Positions 1 to 8,364 of a stretch of 12,100 nucleotides of DNA are shown here, piece after piece. Each line of letters opens with the position of its first letter. Positions within the stretch are counted from its first letter, which is position 1. The notes under the pieces were generated by a model. It had not been told where the DNA came from, searched no databases, and saw only the letters and a program-made list of their open reading frames with translations. Both the position numbers and the translations under genes were made by a program. This stretch comes from Fibrobacteria bacterium (GTDB lineage Bacteria > Fibrobacterota > Fibrobacteria > UBA11236 > JADFYW01), in assembly GCA_050294405.1 (NCBI GenBank), contig JBNKOC010000017.1:1-12100 (forward strand). Reading direction: 5' to 3'.

Positions 1-3
1 ATA

Positions 4-1410
4 TCATGTTATTTTTTCTCGACTAAAGTAATTTTTCACTAAAAGTAAAAATGATGTTATCGAAATTAATATTGAAGTAATATAAATTTCTCGTTTATAA
101 ATGCCTAAAACATAAAAGTAGCTTAAAAATATTGGGATAAAAGTGAATATTAAATGTTTGTAGTTATTTATGATGATTTTAAATGTTATTGAATTAAACA
201 TCGATATAACAATTCTAAAAAAATAAGATATTGATGTCGCAGCCGCAGCACCTAATGCTCCATACCTAGGAATAAATATTAAATTTAATAACACATTTAT
301 TACTGCAATAGATGTTGAGGAAATTAGATTTAAAAAACTTTTATTCTCTATTATAAATATTTTTGAAAAAAGATACCCTAGGAAAACCGATGGCAGCGCC
401 ATCAAGTGAATTATAAATACTTTATCGATACCTAGAAATTGATTTGAAAATAAGAAATAGAATATTTTTTCGTTCAATAGTAAGGCCATTGAAGTTATAA
501 ATATCGACAAAAAGGTCACGGACTTAATATAATATTCTATTACTAAATAAAAAGAATTGATATTTGATTTGAAGTTCCTAATTAAAAGCGGAAGTATGCT
601 TGATACAATTATTACTGGAGCAAAATAAAAAACTTCAGAAAATTTAACCGCTAAAGAATATAGCCCTGTTTCTTCCATTGTTGACATTTTCCCTAACATA
701 ACCTGATCTATTCTCAAATATATTACTGCAGGTATGCCTGCTAATATTAACCACCATGACTCAGCTAAAAGCTCTTTAGCGATTGAGTGATTTAATCGAT
801 ATTTTAAACCTCCATTCAATCTAATAAATATAACATATTGAATTATCCCTACAAGTATGTGCTCTATTAATATTGCAACAGCAAAATAATGTATAGGAGA
901 ATTTAATAGAACAAGAATCACTTTAATACTACCAGAGATGGTAATAGCAACAATCCTAGCGACAACTGAATATTTTGATTTTATGATAGACTGGAAAAAG
1001 CATTCAAAAACATTAAAACTTTGGAAAAGAAGTATAAGCAATAGTGTATTAAATATTATAACATTTGAATTTTCCAGCTTAACCAGGGAGTAAAAGATGA
1101 ATATTAGTAGTAATATAGTTGAAGAAATTAATTTCAAAATAAATCCCGTCTCCAACGTATCTTTCATTGGGAATTTTTTTTCCACAATTTTCTTGATTAT
1201 AATATTTTCTAATCCTAGATTTGCTAAAGGCTTAATAAGCAATACCAAAGAATAATAATATTGCAATACACCATAATTCTTTGCCCCTAAATATTTGGCA
1301 ACATAAATTCCGACTGCAAAAACAATTAATTTCGTGTAAAATTTGTCAAAAAACATCCATGCGATATTTTTATTTATTTTTATCGAATATGAGGACTCTT
1401 TTATAGGCAT
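4..1410 (-). CDS. wzx: Wzx-type polysaccharide flippase (MOP/PST family)
   Basis: 468-aa highly hydrophobic ORF with many transmembrane segments. Flippase-like motifs: N-terminal KNIAW...AKYLG..NYG, IYLRIDQVMLGKM...GLYS.A, and NVLLNLIFIPRYGALGAAAAT. Very AT-rich. Its TGA (4-6) overlaps an ATG (7-5), suggesting a coupled downstream gene outside the window. Confidence 0.9.
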   Translation of the reverse strand: MPIKESSYSIKINKNIAWMFFDKFYTKLIVFAVGIYVAKYLGAKNYGVLQYYYSLVLLIKPLANLGLENIIIKKIVEKKFPMKDTLETGFILKLISSTILLLIFIFYSLVKLENSNVIIFNTLLLILLFQSFNVFECFFQSIIKSKYSVVARIVAITISGSIKVILVLLNSPIHYFAVAILIEHILVGIIQYVIFIRLNGGLKYRLNHSIAKELLAESWWLILAGIPAVIYLRIDQVMLGKMSTMEETGLYSLAVKFSEVFYFAPVIIVSSILPLLIRNFKSNINSFYLVIEYYIKSVTFLSIFITSMALLLNEKIFYFLFSNQFLGIDKVFIIHLMALPSVFLGYLFSKIFIIENKSFLNLISSTSIAVINVLLNLIFIPRYGALGAAAATSISYFFRIVISMFNSITFKIIINNYKHLIFTFIPIFLSYFYVLGIYKREIYITSILISITSFLLLVKNYFSREKIT

Positions 1411-1544
1411 ATTTTTTATTGCACTCGATTTGTTGGAAAAAATTCATCCCTTTAGTTGCTGCAACCCCAAAAATTTAAAGAAGCGAAATTATTTCTTACC
1501 CTATTTTCTAAAAATAAACTATTCATAATATATATCTAGCACTC

Positions 1545-2684
1545 TCAATTTTTAAACCCATAAAATTCGTATATCGTACTACATACATATTCAATTTCAT
1601 TTTTTGTTATGCCGTAATACAATGGTAACCTAACAATTCTTTCACTTTCCCTCGTTGTATACTTATCTTCCCCCATAAACATCCCAAATTTTTTTCCGGC
1701 GGTGGAATTATGCAATGGTATGTAATGGAAGGTGGCTACAATATTTTTTTCTCTCAAAAACGCAATTAGATTTGTTCTCTCACCTAAATTTTTAACTTTT
1801 ATATAAAACAGGTGTCCGTTGTGAGAAGCGTATTTTGGAATATTGGGTAGCTCAATTAATTCTTTATTTTTAAGATCCATTAACAAATCCCAATAATAAT
1901 TCCATGCAGACAACCGATTCTCTAAAACAAGATCCGCTTTCTCCAACTGGCCATACAAAAAGGCAGCATTCAGTTCACTAGGCAAATAAGAGGATCCAAT
2001 ATCCACCCACGTATACTTATCAATTTCGCCACGAAAAAATTTCGCCCTGTTTGTACCCTTTTCCCGTAACACTTCACCTTTTTCATAATATTTATGCTCA
2101 TCTAATATGATGAGCCCACCTTCCCCACAATGATAGTTTTTAGTTTCATGAAAACTATAAGCACCAATAGAACCAATAGATCCTAGCGCCTTATCTTTAT
2201 ACTTAGCCATTACTCCCTGAGCTGCATCTTCTACTACTGGTATGTTATAAGAGTTTGCAATTTCTAGTAATTTATCCATATCACAACTAATACCAGCATA
2301 GTGAACCGGGACAATTGCTTTTGTTCTTTTTGTTATTGCCTTTGAAACTTCATTTAAGTCCATGTTCATGATCAAAGGGTCAATATCCACAAATTTTAAT
2401 TTTGCTCCTCTTAATACAAAAGGATTAGCGGTTGACACAAATGTAAATGAGGGCAATATAACCTCATCGCCATCTCTTATATCCAACAGCAAAGCTGCCA
2501 TTTCCAAAGCATGGGTACAGGATGTTGTCAACAGTACTTTTTTACCTGGTAATCTTTCCTCAAACCACTTATGGCATTTTTTTGTAAACTCCTGATCTCC
2601 TGAAAATTTATGCGACTCTAAAACTTGAGATAGGTATTTCTTTTCATTTCCAATACAAAGGGGAATATTAAATGGGATTTTCAC
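1545..2684 (-). CDS. wecE: dTDP-4-amino-4,6-dideoxygalactose transaminase (WecE/RffA; DegT/DnrJ/EryC1/StrS PLP family)
   Basis: 379 aa, GTG start. Motifs IPFN.P, LLTTSCTHALEMAALLLDI, PSFTFVSTANPF, EDAAQG, SFHETKN (PLP lysine), and REKGTNR..FFRG..DKYTW.DIGSSYLPSEL.AAFL, characteristic of the RffA subfamily. Confidence 0.9.
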   Translation of the reverse strand: MKIPFNIPLCIGNEKKYLSQVLESHKFSGDQEFTKKCHKWFEERLPGKKVLLTTSCTHALEMAALLLDIRDGDEVILPSFTFVSTANPFVLRGAKLKFVDIDPLIMNMDLNEVSKAITKRTKAIVPVHYAGISCDMDKLLEIANSYNIPVVEDAAQGVMAKYKDKALGSIGSIGAYSFHETKNYHCGEGGLIILDEHKYYEKGEVLREKGTNRAKFFRGEIDKYTWVDIGSSYLPSELNAAFLYGQLEKADLVLENRLSAWNYYWDLLMDLKNKELIELPNIPKYASHNGHLFYIKVKNLGERTNLIAFLREKNIVATFHYIPLHNSTAGKKFGMFMGEDKYTTRESERIVRLPLYYGITKNEIEYVCSTIYEFYGFKN

Positions 2685-2737
2685 AACATGACACTTTTTT
2701 ATTTAATTGATACCTATTAATGCCAGCATAGATTATT

Positions 2738-3673
2738 TTACCTACGCACTGTTCCCTGTAAAAAATCCTCATAACTTTTTTTAATGCCCTCTTTTAGAGT
2801 AAACTGAGGTTTCCAGCCTAAATTTTTTAATTTAGAAACATCGAGTAGTTTCCGAGGAGTGCCATCCGGTTTTGAATTGTCATAAACAATTTCTCCTTTG
2901 TAGCCGATAACCTCTGCTGCGGTAGTGGCCAATTCACCTATGGAAATTTCTTCCCCGGTGCCCACATTTATGGTGGAGTTCTCATTATATTCATTCATAA
3001 GTAAAATACATGCCCTTGCCAAATCATCCACATATAAAAATTCTCTTTTGGGCTTACCTGTACCCCACACTACATAACTTTTTTCATTATTAATTTTAGC
3101 CTCATGAATTTTTCTAATCAAAGCAGGTAATACATGAGAGTTCATCAGGTCATAGTTGTCATTTGGCCCATATAAATTTGTGGGCATACATGAAATAAAA
3201 TTAGTTCCATATTGCCTGTTGTATGCTTCACACATTTTCAATCCTGAAATTTTAGCTAAAGCATACGGTTCATTTGTGGGTTCTAATTCTCCCGAAAGCA
3301 AATATTCTTCTTTCATGGGTTGAGGCGCCATTTTGGGATATATACAGGAACTTCCCAAAAACAATAATTTTTTTACATCGGATAAATATGATATATGGAT
3401 TAAATTATTTTGAATACATAGGTTGCTATATATAAACTCAGCCGGATAGGTATTGTTAGCATATATCCCTCCAACCTTTGCAGCCGCAAAAAATACATAA
3501 TCTGGTTTTTCTTTTGCAAACATTCCATACACAGCGCTTTGATGGGTTAAATCAAGTTCTGAGCTAGAATGCCCTACAATATTAGTGTATCCGTGCTCCC
3601 GCAAAACTCTTTCTATGGCGCTGCCCACCATACCTCTAATTCCAGCAATATATATCTTTGAATTTTTTTCCAT
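2738..3673 (-). CDS. fcl: GDP-L-fucose synthase (Fcl/WcaG)
   Basis: Motifs [94 protein letters not shown]. Start placed at ATG 3673 ([12 protein letters not shown] shortly upstream; just after the upstream gene's TAG at 3681) rather than the track's 3697. Confidence 0.95.
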   Translation of the reverse strand: MEKNSKIYIAGIRGMVGSAIERVLREHGYTNIVGHSSSELDLTHQSAVYGMFAKEKPDYVFFAAAKVGGIYANNTYPAEFIYSNLCIQNNLIHISYLSDVKKLLFLGSSCIYPKMAPQPMKEEYLLSGELEPTNEPYALAKISGLKMCEAYNRQYGTNFISCMPTNLYGPNDNYDLMNSHVLPALIRKIHEAKINNEKSYVVWGTGKPKREFLYVDDLARACILLMNEYNENSTINVGTGEEISIGELATTAAEVIGYKGEIVYDNSKPDGTPRKLLDVSKLKNLGWKPQFTLKEGIKKSYEDFLQGTVRR

Positions 3674-3680
3674 ATTATCC

Positions 3681-5165
3681 CTATAAAACAATGCCAAAAG
3701 TCAGACCAAATTCATTTTCTATATTTAAACCCTGGGAATACCATAAATTAAAATGATATCTGTATCCATAGTTTATTTTCAAAGAATGAACAATTCTTTG
3801 AAAATCAATTGTATATCCCCCAAGCCATTCTTTTTTTTCTGGATCATCAAAGCCCTGACGATCATGAATTTCCCCTATTTTGGAACCTCTATCGGTTCCT
3901 TTTTCGGAAAACTCAAAGTGTTCTCCCAGTTCAATCCATTTTACTGGCCTGTAGGATATTTTTGTGTTTAAAGATTGGGAGTTCGGTCCATAAATGTTGG
4001 CTGATGGCTTATCAAAGTGCCGAAAGCTGGTATAGGCTTGACGGCCATTGTATGTCCAGGGTTCTATCCTATGGTATTCCACTACAATATCAAAATCCTG
4101 ACTCAGCCAGGGAGAAGTCAACTGAAAACCTACTAAACCCGCCCAGCGATTTTCCCAAAAAGAACTGAATATGCTGGTAACATCCTGCAAATCATCAATA
4201 AAAATTTCACCCCACAGAGAAAAATTTCGAATTCCACTAAAGCTAACATCCAAGCTTAGGGCGTCATTATCCCTTCCCCCTGTATTGTCCTCTAAAAAAG
4301 CTAAAGGTACTAATGGTAAAATATAAGATGCCTCAATGTCTCTTTCCTGATAAATCACCATATCCTGAAAAGCTATATGCCAGGCTCTCGAGGGCTTAAA
4401 TTCAAACCTATGGATATGTAGGTACTTTTGAACATCATAATTCGAATCCACCATGCGAAGTATCATGTTGTTATGGTGCAGCCAGGGTGCAAAGTCCACC
4501 CGGGCGTCTAGCAAAAAATAAGGGGCTGTGTGGTCGCCAGCCGTAAGGGAGCTAAAATAGCCTGGTCCCATGTGGATTTTATCCCGCCCAGTTTTTAGCG
4601 AAAGCCACTGCCAATTCCAAATAAAATACGATTCAAAAGTCGCGCAGGTCCTTTCAGCTTGCAAATCCCGGGTTCCGTCTACGCTTACCGAACAGGTTTC
4701 TCCCTGGGAGGGATCGAATTGGTGGTGGTACATATTTTGTGTCGCTAAATCCACACGAACACTGGCTCTTGAGTAAAGTGATAAATTTTTACCTACGGTT
4801 CCAAAAAGTAGCCCCCCAACCGAGGGTGAAACAACAAATTCTGATGTATCCTCTAGAGATAATTCAAAAACTGGAGAAAATTTCAAGCTGTTTTTCCCAG
4901 AGTAAGATAAAAGCGTCTTATCATACCGAGGGAAGGAAGTAGAAAAAAAATAACTATCCGCTGGAGTAAATAAATTTTGATTAACAAAGTCCTCCCATAC
5001 ATTTTGAGGCAAGGGAAATTGCTGAAGCGGTATAATTTTTTGACTTCTGGTTTGAACCCGTTTGATAAATTCCCGGTTTTGGGGTGAAGATGGAAAATCC
5101 CATTGTCCAAAGGAAAGGGAAAACCACAATAACGGGGGGAAAAGAAATTTTGTAGGGTTAATCAG
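3681..5165 (-). CDS. Capsule-assembly Wzi-like outer-membrane beta-barrel protein (paralog 1)
   Basis: The ORF track gives 3681-5129 (TTG), but the frame is open up to a TAA at 5180-5178, and a CTG at 5165 gives a complete signal peptide. Contains [15 protein letters not shown]...APY, resembling the Wzi GR...WGPG...L...P motif. Rich in aromatic, alternating beta-strand patterns. Start codon uncertain. Confidence 0.7.
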   Translation of the reverse strand: MINPTKFLFPPLLWFSLSFGQWDFPSSPQNREFIKRVQTRSQKIIPLQQFPLPQNVWEDFVNQNLFTPADSYFFSTSFPRYDKTLLSYSGKNSLKFSPVFELSLEDTSEFVVSPSVGGLLFGTVGKNLSLYSRASVRVDLATQNMYHHQFDPSQGETCSVSVDGTRDLQAERTCATFESYFIWNWQWLSLKTGRDKIHMGPGYFSSLTAGDHTAPYFLLDARVDFAPWLHHNNMILRMVDSNYDVQKYLHIHRFEFKPSRAWHIAFQDMVIYQERDIEASYILPLVPLAFLEDNTGGRDNDALSLDVSFSGIRNFSLWGEIFIDDLQDVTSIFSSFWENRWAGLVGFQLTSPWLSQDFDIVVEYHRIEPWTYNGRQAYTSFRHFDKPSANIYGPNSQSLNTKISYRPVKWIELGEHFEFSEKGTDRGSKIGEIHDRQGFDDPEKKEWLGGYTIDFQRIVHSLKINYGYRYHFNLWYSQGLNIENEFGLTFGIVL

Positions 5166-5252
5166 AACTTTCCAACCTTATTTATTAATCTAAATGGAGA
5201 GGACACATTCGATTAGGCTTGGGTTAAACCAATACTTAGCCCAATATCGCTA

Positions 5253-6305
5253 TCAAGACTTAGCCAACTTCGCAGCCAATTTCAAATCCGCCTTCATCAT
5301 AATATCCACAAGACTCTCAAACTTAACTTTTGGCTCCCAGCCCAATTGCTTTTTTGCCTTAGCCGGGTCACCCAATAAAAATTCCACTTCGGCAGGTCGG
5401 TAAAATTTGGAGTCCACTTTAACAATGACCTTTCCAGATTTTTTATCCCGACCCACTTCATCGGTTCCTTCTCCTTCCCATTCAATATCAAATCCGGCAT
5501 AGGGAGCTGCTTTTTCAATAAATTCACGGACAGAATGAGCTTCTCCTGTGGCCACCACATAATCATCGGGTTTTTCCTGCTGGAGCATCATCCACATCAT
5601 TTCCACATAGTCTTTTGCGTAGCCCCAATCCCTTTTGGCGTCCAGGTTGCCCATTTTAAGCACCGGTTCAAGGCCCTCTTTAATTTTTGCCAAAGTCAGA
5701 GTTATTTTCCGGGTCACAAAATTTTCTCCACGACGGGGGGATTCGTGATTAAATAAAATTCCATTACTGGCATGCATTCCATAGGCTTCCCTGTAGTTTT
5801 TTACAATCCAAAATCCATAGAGCTTTGCAACTCCATAGGGACTTCTGGGGTAAAAGGGAGTCTTTTCTGTTTGGGGAATTTCTACCACCTTACCGTATAA
5901 TTCAGAAGTAGAAGCCTGGTAGAAACGGGCGTCATTTAAGCCACGACTGCGGATGGCATCTAAAAAACGAAGGACTCCCGTTGCATCCACATCTGCAGTG
6001 TATTCCGGAGTTTCAAAGGACACCTGAACATGGCTTTGAGCAGCTAAATTATAAATTTCAGAAGGCCTGCACTTCTCCAAAATGCTGTGAATGCTGGAGG
6101 AGTCTGATAAATCGCCGTAATAAAGCTTAAAAACCTGACCTTTTGCACGAGCATCGTCTTGGATGGCATCAATGCGACCGCGGTTGAATAAACTGGTGCG
6201 GCGAATAATTCCATGGACATCGTAACCCTTGTCCAACAAAAACTCCACCAAATAAGAGCCATCCTGGCCCGTAACCCCTGTAATCAATGCCACTTTATTG
6301 TTCAT
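5253..6305 (-). CDS. gmd: GDP-mannose 4,6-dehydratase
   Basis: Motifs [92 protein letters not shown] 6305 is preceded by AAGGA at 5-nt spacing; the alternative ATG is at 6311. Confidence 0.97.
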   Translation of the reverse strand: MNNKVALITGVTGQDGSYLVEFLLDKGYDVHGIIRRTSLFNRGRIDAIQDDARAKGQVFKLYYGDLSDSSSIHSILEKCRPSEIYNLAAQSHVQVSFETPEYTADVDATGVLRFLDAIRSRGLNDARFYQASTSELYGKVVEIPQTEKTPFYPRSPYGVAKLYGFWIVKNYREAYGMHASNGILFNHESPRRGENFVTRKITLTLAKIKEGLEPVLKMGNLDAKRDWGYAKDYVEMMWMMLQQEKPDDYVVATGEAHSVREFIEKAAPYAGFDIEWEGEGTDEVGRDKKSGKVIVKVDSKFYRPAEVEFLLGDPAKAKKQLGWEPKVKFESLVDIMMKADLKLAAKLAKS

Positions 6306-6335
6306 ATCCATCCTTAAAAAATCTTGTTATTTTTG

Positions 6336-6367
6336 TTTGCCTGTTTTTAGGAAATTAAGCAGGCAAA
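6336..6367. promoter_or_regulatory. Inverted repeat in the gmd/wecB divergent intergenic region
   Basis: TTTGCCTG (6336-6343) and CAGGCAAA (6360-6367) are perfect 8-bp arms, extendable to 11 bp with one G:T pair. The repeat is directly visible; a regulatory role is inferred from position only. Confidence 0.45.
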
Positions 6368-6411
6368 TTCTAATTTCAGAAGAAATTTGAATGAAAGGAA
6401 AATAATAAATA

Positions 6412-7524
6412 ATGGGAAATAAATTACCCAAAATAGCTTTGGTTTGCGGGGCCAGGCCCAATTTTATGAAAATTGCTCCTGTGATGCACGCCATTGCAAA
6501 AAAGCAATCGCTACAGCCTTTTTTAGTACATACCGGACAACATTACGATGAAAAAATGTCTAAATCCTTTTTTGACCTTTTGAACATCCCCAAACCCGAT
6601 ATTGATTTAGAGGTTGGTTCGGGCTCTCACGCCGAGCAAACAGCCAAAATTATGGTGGCATTTGAAAAGGTTTGCCTTAAAGAAAAGCCCGACATGGTTG
6701 TGGTGGTGGGCGATGTGAATTCCACCCTGGCCTGTGTTATTGTCGCCAAAAAATTGTGGATTCCTGCTGCTCATATTGAAGCGGGGCTTCGTTCCTGGGA
6801 TATGAAAATGCCCGAAGAAATAAACCGTATGGTCACCGATTCTATTTGCGATTTATTTTTTACCACAGATCCTGAAGGAAACCAAAACCTTTTAAATTCA
6901 GGTATTAAAAAAGACCAAATACATTTTGCCGGCAATGTGATGATAGATACCCTTTTGGCCAATGTTGAAAAAAGCAAAAGTTCAAAAATTCTGGCCGAAA
7001 ATAATCTGAAGGAAAAAGCCTATGCCCTGCTTACCATGCACCGCCCCAGCAATGTGGACAACAAAGACGTTCTCTCGGGCATATTAGAGGCCTTAAATAC
7101 CATCCAAAGTGATATCCCCATTTTGTTTCCTGCACACCCCCGCACTAAAAAAATGATTGAGGAGTTTGGTTTGGCTGATTCCTTTTCAAAAATGACGAAC
7201 ATCAAAGTGTGCGATCCCCTTAATTACCACGATTTGCTATGTGCAAATAACAATTCCAAATTTGTGGTGACAGATTCAGGTGGCTTACAGGAAGAAACTA
7301 CAGTTTTAGGCATACCATGTATAACTATCCGGGAAAATACCGAAAGACCTGTTACTGTAAGTGTGGGTAGCAATGAGGTTGTTGGGGTTAAACCCGAAAA
7401 CATTTTGGCTGCCTATCAAAAAATTCAGCAGGGAAAATGGAAAAAAGGCGGAATTCCTGAAGGTTGGGATGGTAAAGCAAGTGAAAGGATTGTGGAAGTA
7501 ATTGAAAATTATTTCAATAATTAA
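6412..7524 (+). CDS. wecB: UDP-N-acetylglucosamine 2-epimerase (non-hydrolysing)
   Basis: 370 aa. Motifs GARPNFMKIAP, VHTGQHYD, VVVGDVNSTLA, HIEAGLRS, PEEINR, GNVMID, T.HRPSNVD, TDSGGLQEE, RENTERP, WDGKASERIV. AAAGGA upstream of the ATG. Confidence 0.95.
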   Translation: MGNKLPKIALVCGARPNFMKIAPVMHAIAKKQSLQPFLVHTGQHYDEKMSKSFFDLLNIPKPDIDLEVGSGSHAEQTAKIMVAFEKVCLKEKPDMVVVVGDVNSTLACVIVAKKLWIPAAHIEAGLRSWDMKMPEEINRMVTDSICDLFFTTDPEGNQNLLNSGIKKDQIHFAGNVMIDTLLANVEKSKSSKILAENNLKEKAYALLTMHRPSNVDNKDVLSGILEALNTIQSDIPILFPAHPRTKKMIEEFGLADSFSKMTNIKVCDPLNYHDLLCANNNSKFVVTDSGGLQEETTVLGIPCITIRENTERPVTVSVGSNEVVGVKPENILAAYQKIQQGKWKKGGIPEGWDGKASERIVEVIENYFNN

Positions 7525-7594
7525 ACTTACTTATTTGTTTTGCCTGCTTTTTTTCGCCTGGCAACCGGTTTTATCTTCCTCTAAGGTTGAATAA
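7502..7594 (+). pseudogene. Orphaned 5' fragment (signal peptide) of Wzi-like paralog 2; 30-aa ORF
   Basis: TTG 7502, preceded by GGAAG and overlapping the wecB 3' end, reads MKIISIIKLTYLFCLLFFAWQPVLSSSKVE followed by TAA at 7592-7594, immediately after the direct repeat. The last 17 residues are identical to residues 12-28 of the 8365 ORF. Confidence 0.7.
7539..7591 (+). repeat. 53-bp direct repeat, copy 1
   Basis: TTTGCCTGCTTTTTTTCGCCTGGCAACCGGTTTTATCTTCCTCTAAGGTTGAA, identical to 8396-8448; the flanks diverge on both sides. Confidence 0.97.
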
Positions 7595-7595
7595 A

Positions 7596-8135
7596 ATGAA
7601 AAATGAACTTGATATCTTGGAAGATGTTTCTACAGCTTTAATTTCAAACAATATCCCTTTCATGGTCACGGGGTCTATGGCTATGAACTATTATTCCATA
7701 CCGCGAATGACCCGTGATATTGATTTTGTCATTCAGCTCAATATCAATGATGTGGACAGAATTGTAGAAATATTTAAAAGTGAATTTTACATAGATAAAG
7801 ATATGGTTATAGAAGCAATTTCCAATCATTCTATGTTTAACATTATTCACAATGATAGCATTATTAAGGTGGATATCATTATTCAAAAAAATCAGGAATT
7901 TAGGAAACTGGAATTCCAGCGCAAAAAGAGAGTTACCATAAACAATTTTGAAACTTTTCTTGTTTCCCGAGAAGATTTGATTTTATCTAAATTAATTTGG
8001 GCAAAAGATTCTCATTCCGAGTTGCAATTAAGGGATATTCGAAATTTATTAGATGGAAAATTAGACAAAGAGTATTTGCTTAAATGGTCAGAAAAGCTTG
8101 AGGTTAAATCATTATTAGAGTCTTGTTATGAATGA
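7596..8135 (+). CDS. Pol-beta-superfamily nucleotidyltransferase, putative toxin (AbiEii/MenT-like)
   Basis: FMVTGSMA...PRMTRDIDFVI (GS plus DxD motif), a third acidic residue in KVDII, EDLILSK, and RDIRNLL. ATG 7596 follows TAAGGT; the track starts at the in-frame TTG 7587. Confidence 0.8.
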   Translation: MKNELDILEDVSTALISNNIPFMVTGSMAMNYYSIPRMTRDIDFVIQLNINDVDRIVEIFKSEFYIDKDMVIEAISNHSMFNIIHNDSIIKVDIIIQKNQEFRKLEFQRKKRVTINNFETFLVSREDLILSKLIWAKDSHSELQLRDIRNLLDGKLDKEYLLKWSEKLEVKSLLESCYE

Positions 8136-8361
8136 TACTCCCCCACACATAGAAAAGTTGCTGAAACAAAAATTCGCTGCTTTTAGCGGTGAACAACGGC
8201 TTATTATGGGTTGCAAAATGCATTCTGTTGCTCGCGATCTGGTTCTGTCCTCATTATCTTCTGAGCTTCCAAGAAGGGAAAAACGGCAGCAATATTTTAA
8301 ACGGTTTTACAGTAAAGATTTGAGCCCAGCATTTTTTTCAAAAGTATTGGAGCAACTATAG
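8128..8361 (+). CDS. Small basic helical protein, putative partner/antitoxin of the nucleotidyltransferase
   Basis: 77 aa with an 8-nt ATGAATGA overlap with the NTase stop. It fills the space up to the next ATG and lies inside the repeat-bounded unit. Function is inferred from context. Confidence 0.65.
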   Translation: MNDTPPHIEKLLKQKFAAFSGEQRLIMGCKMHSVARDLVLSSLSSELPRREKRQQYFKRFYSKDLSPAFFSKVLEQL

Positions 8362-8364
8362 CAA

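Noticed and set aside
5219..5244. Hairpin TTGGGTTAA-8 nt-TTAGCCCAA just downstream of gmd as a terminator
   Set aside because: On the transcribed minus strand the stem has a C-A mismatch and no U-tract follows; at most a weak mRNA structure.
6336..6367. Bacteroides-style invertible capsule promoter
   Set aside because: The spacer between the 8-bp arms is only 16 bp, too short to hold a promoter, and no invertase is nearby.
4..7524. Enterobacterial common antigen cluster (wecB + wecE + wzx)
   Set aside because: wecA, wecC, wecD, wecF, wecG and wzzE are not in the window, the gene order differs, and gmd/fcl point to a different fucose-containing glycan.
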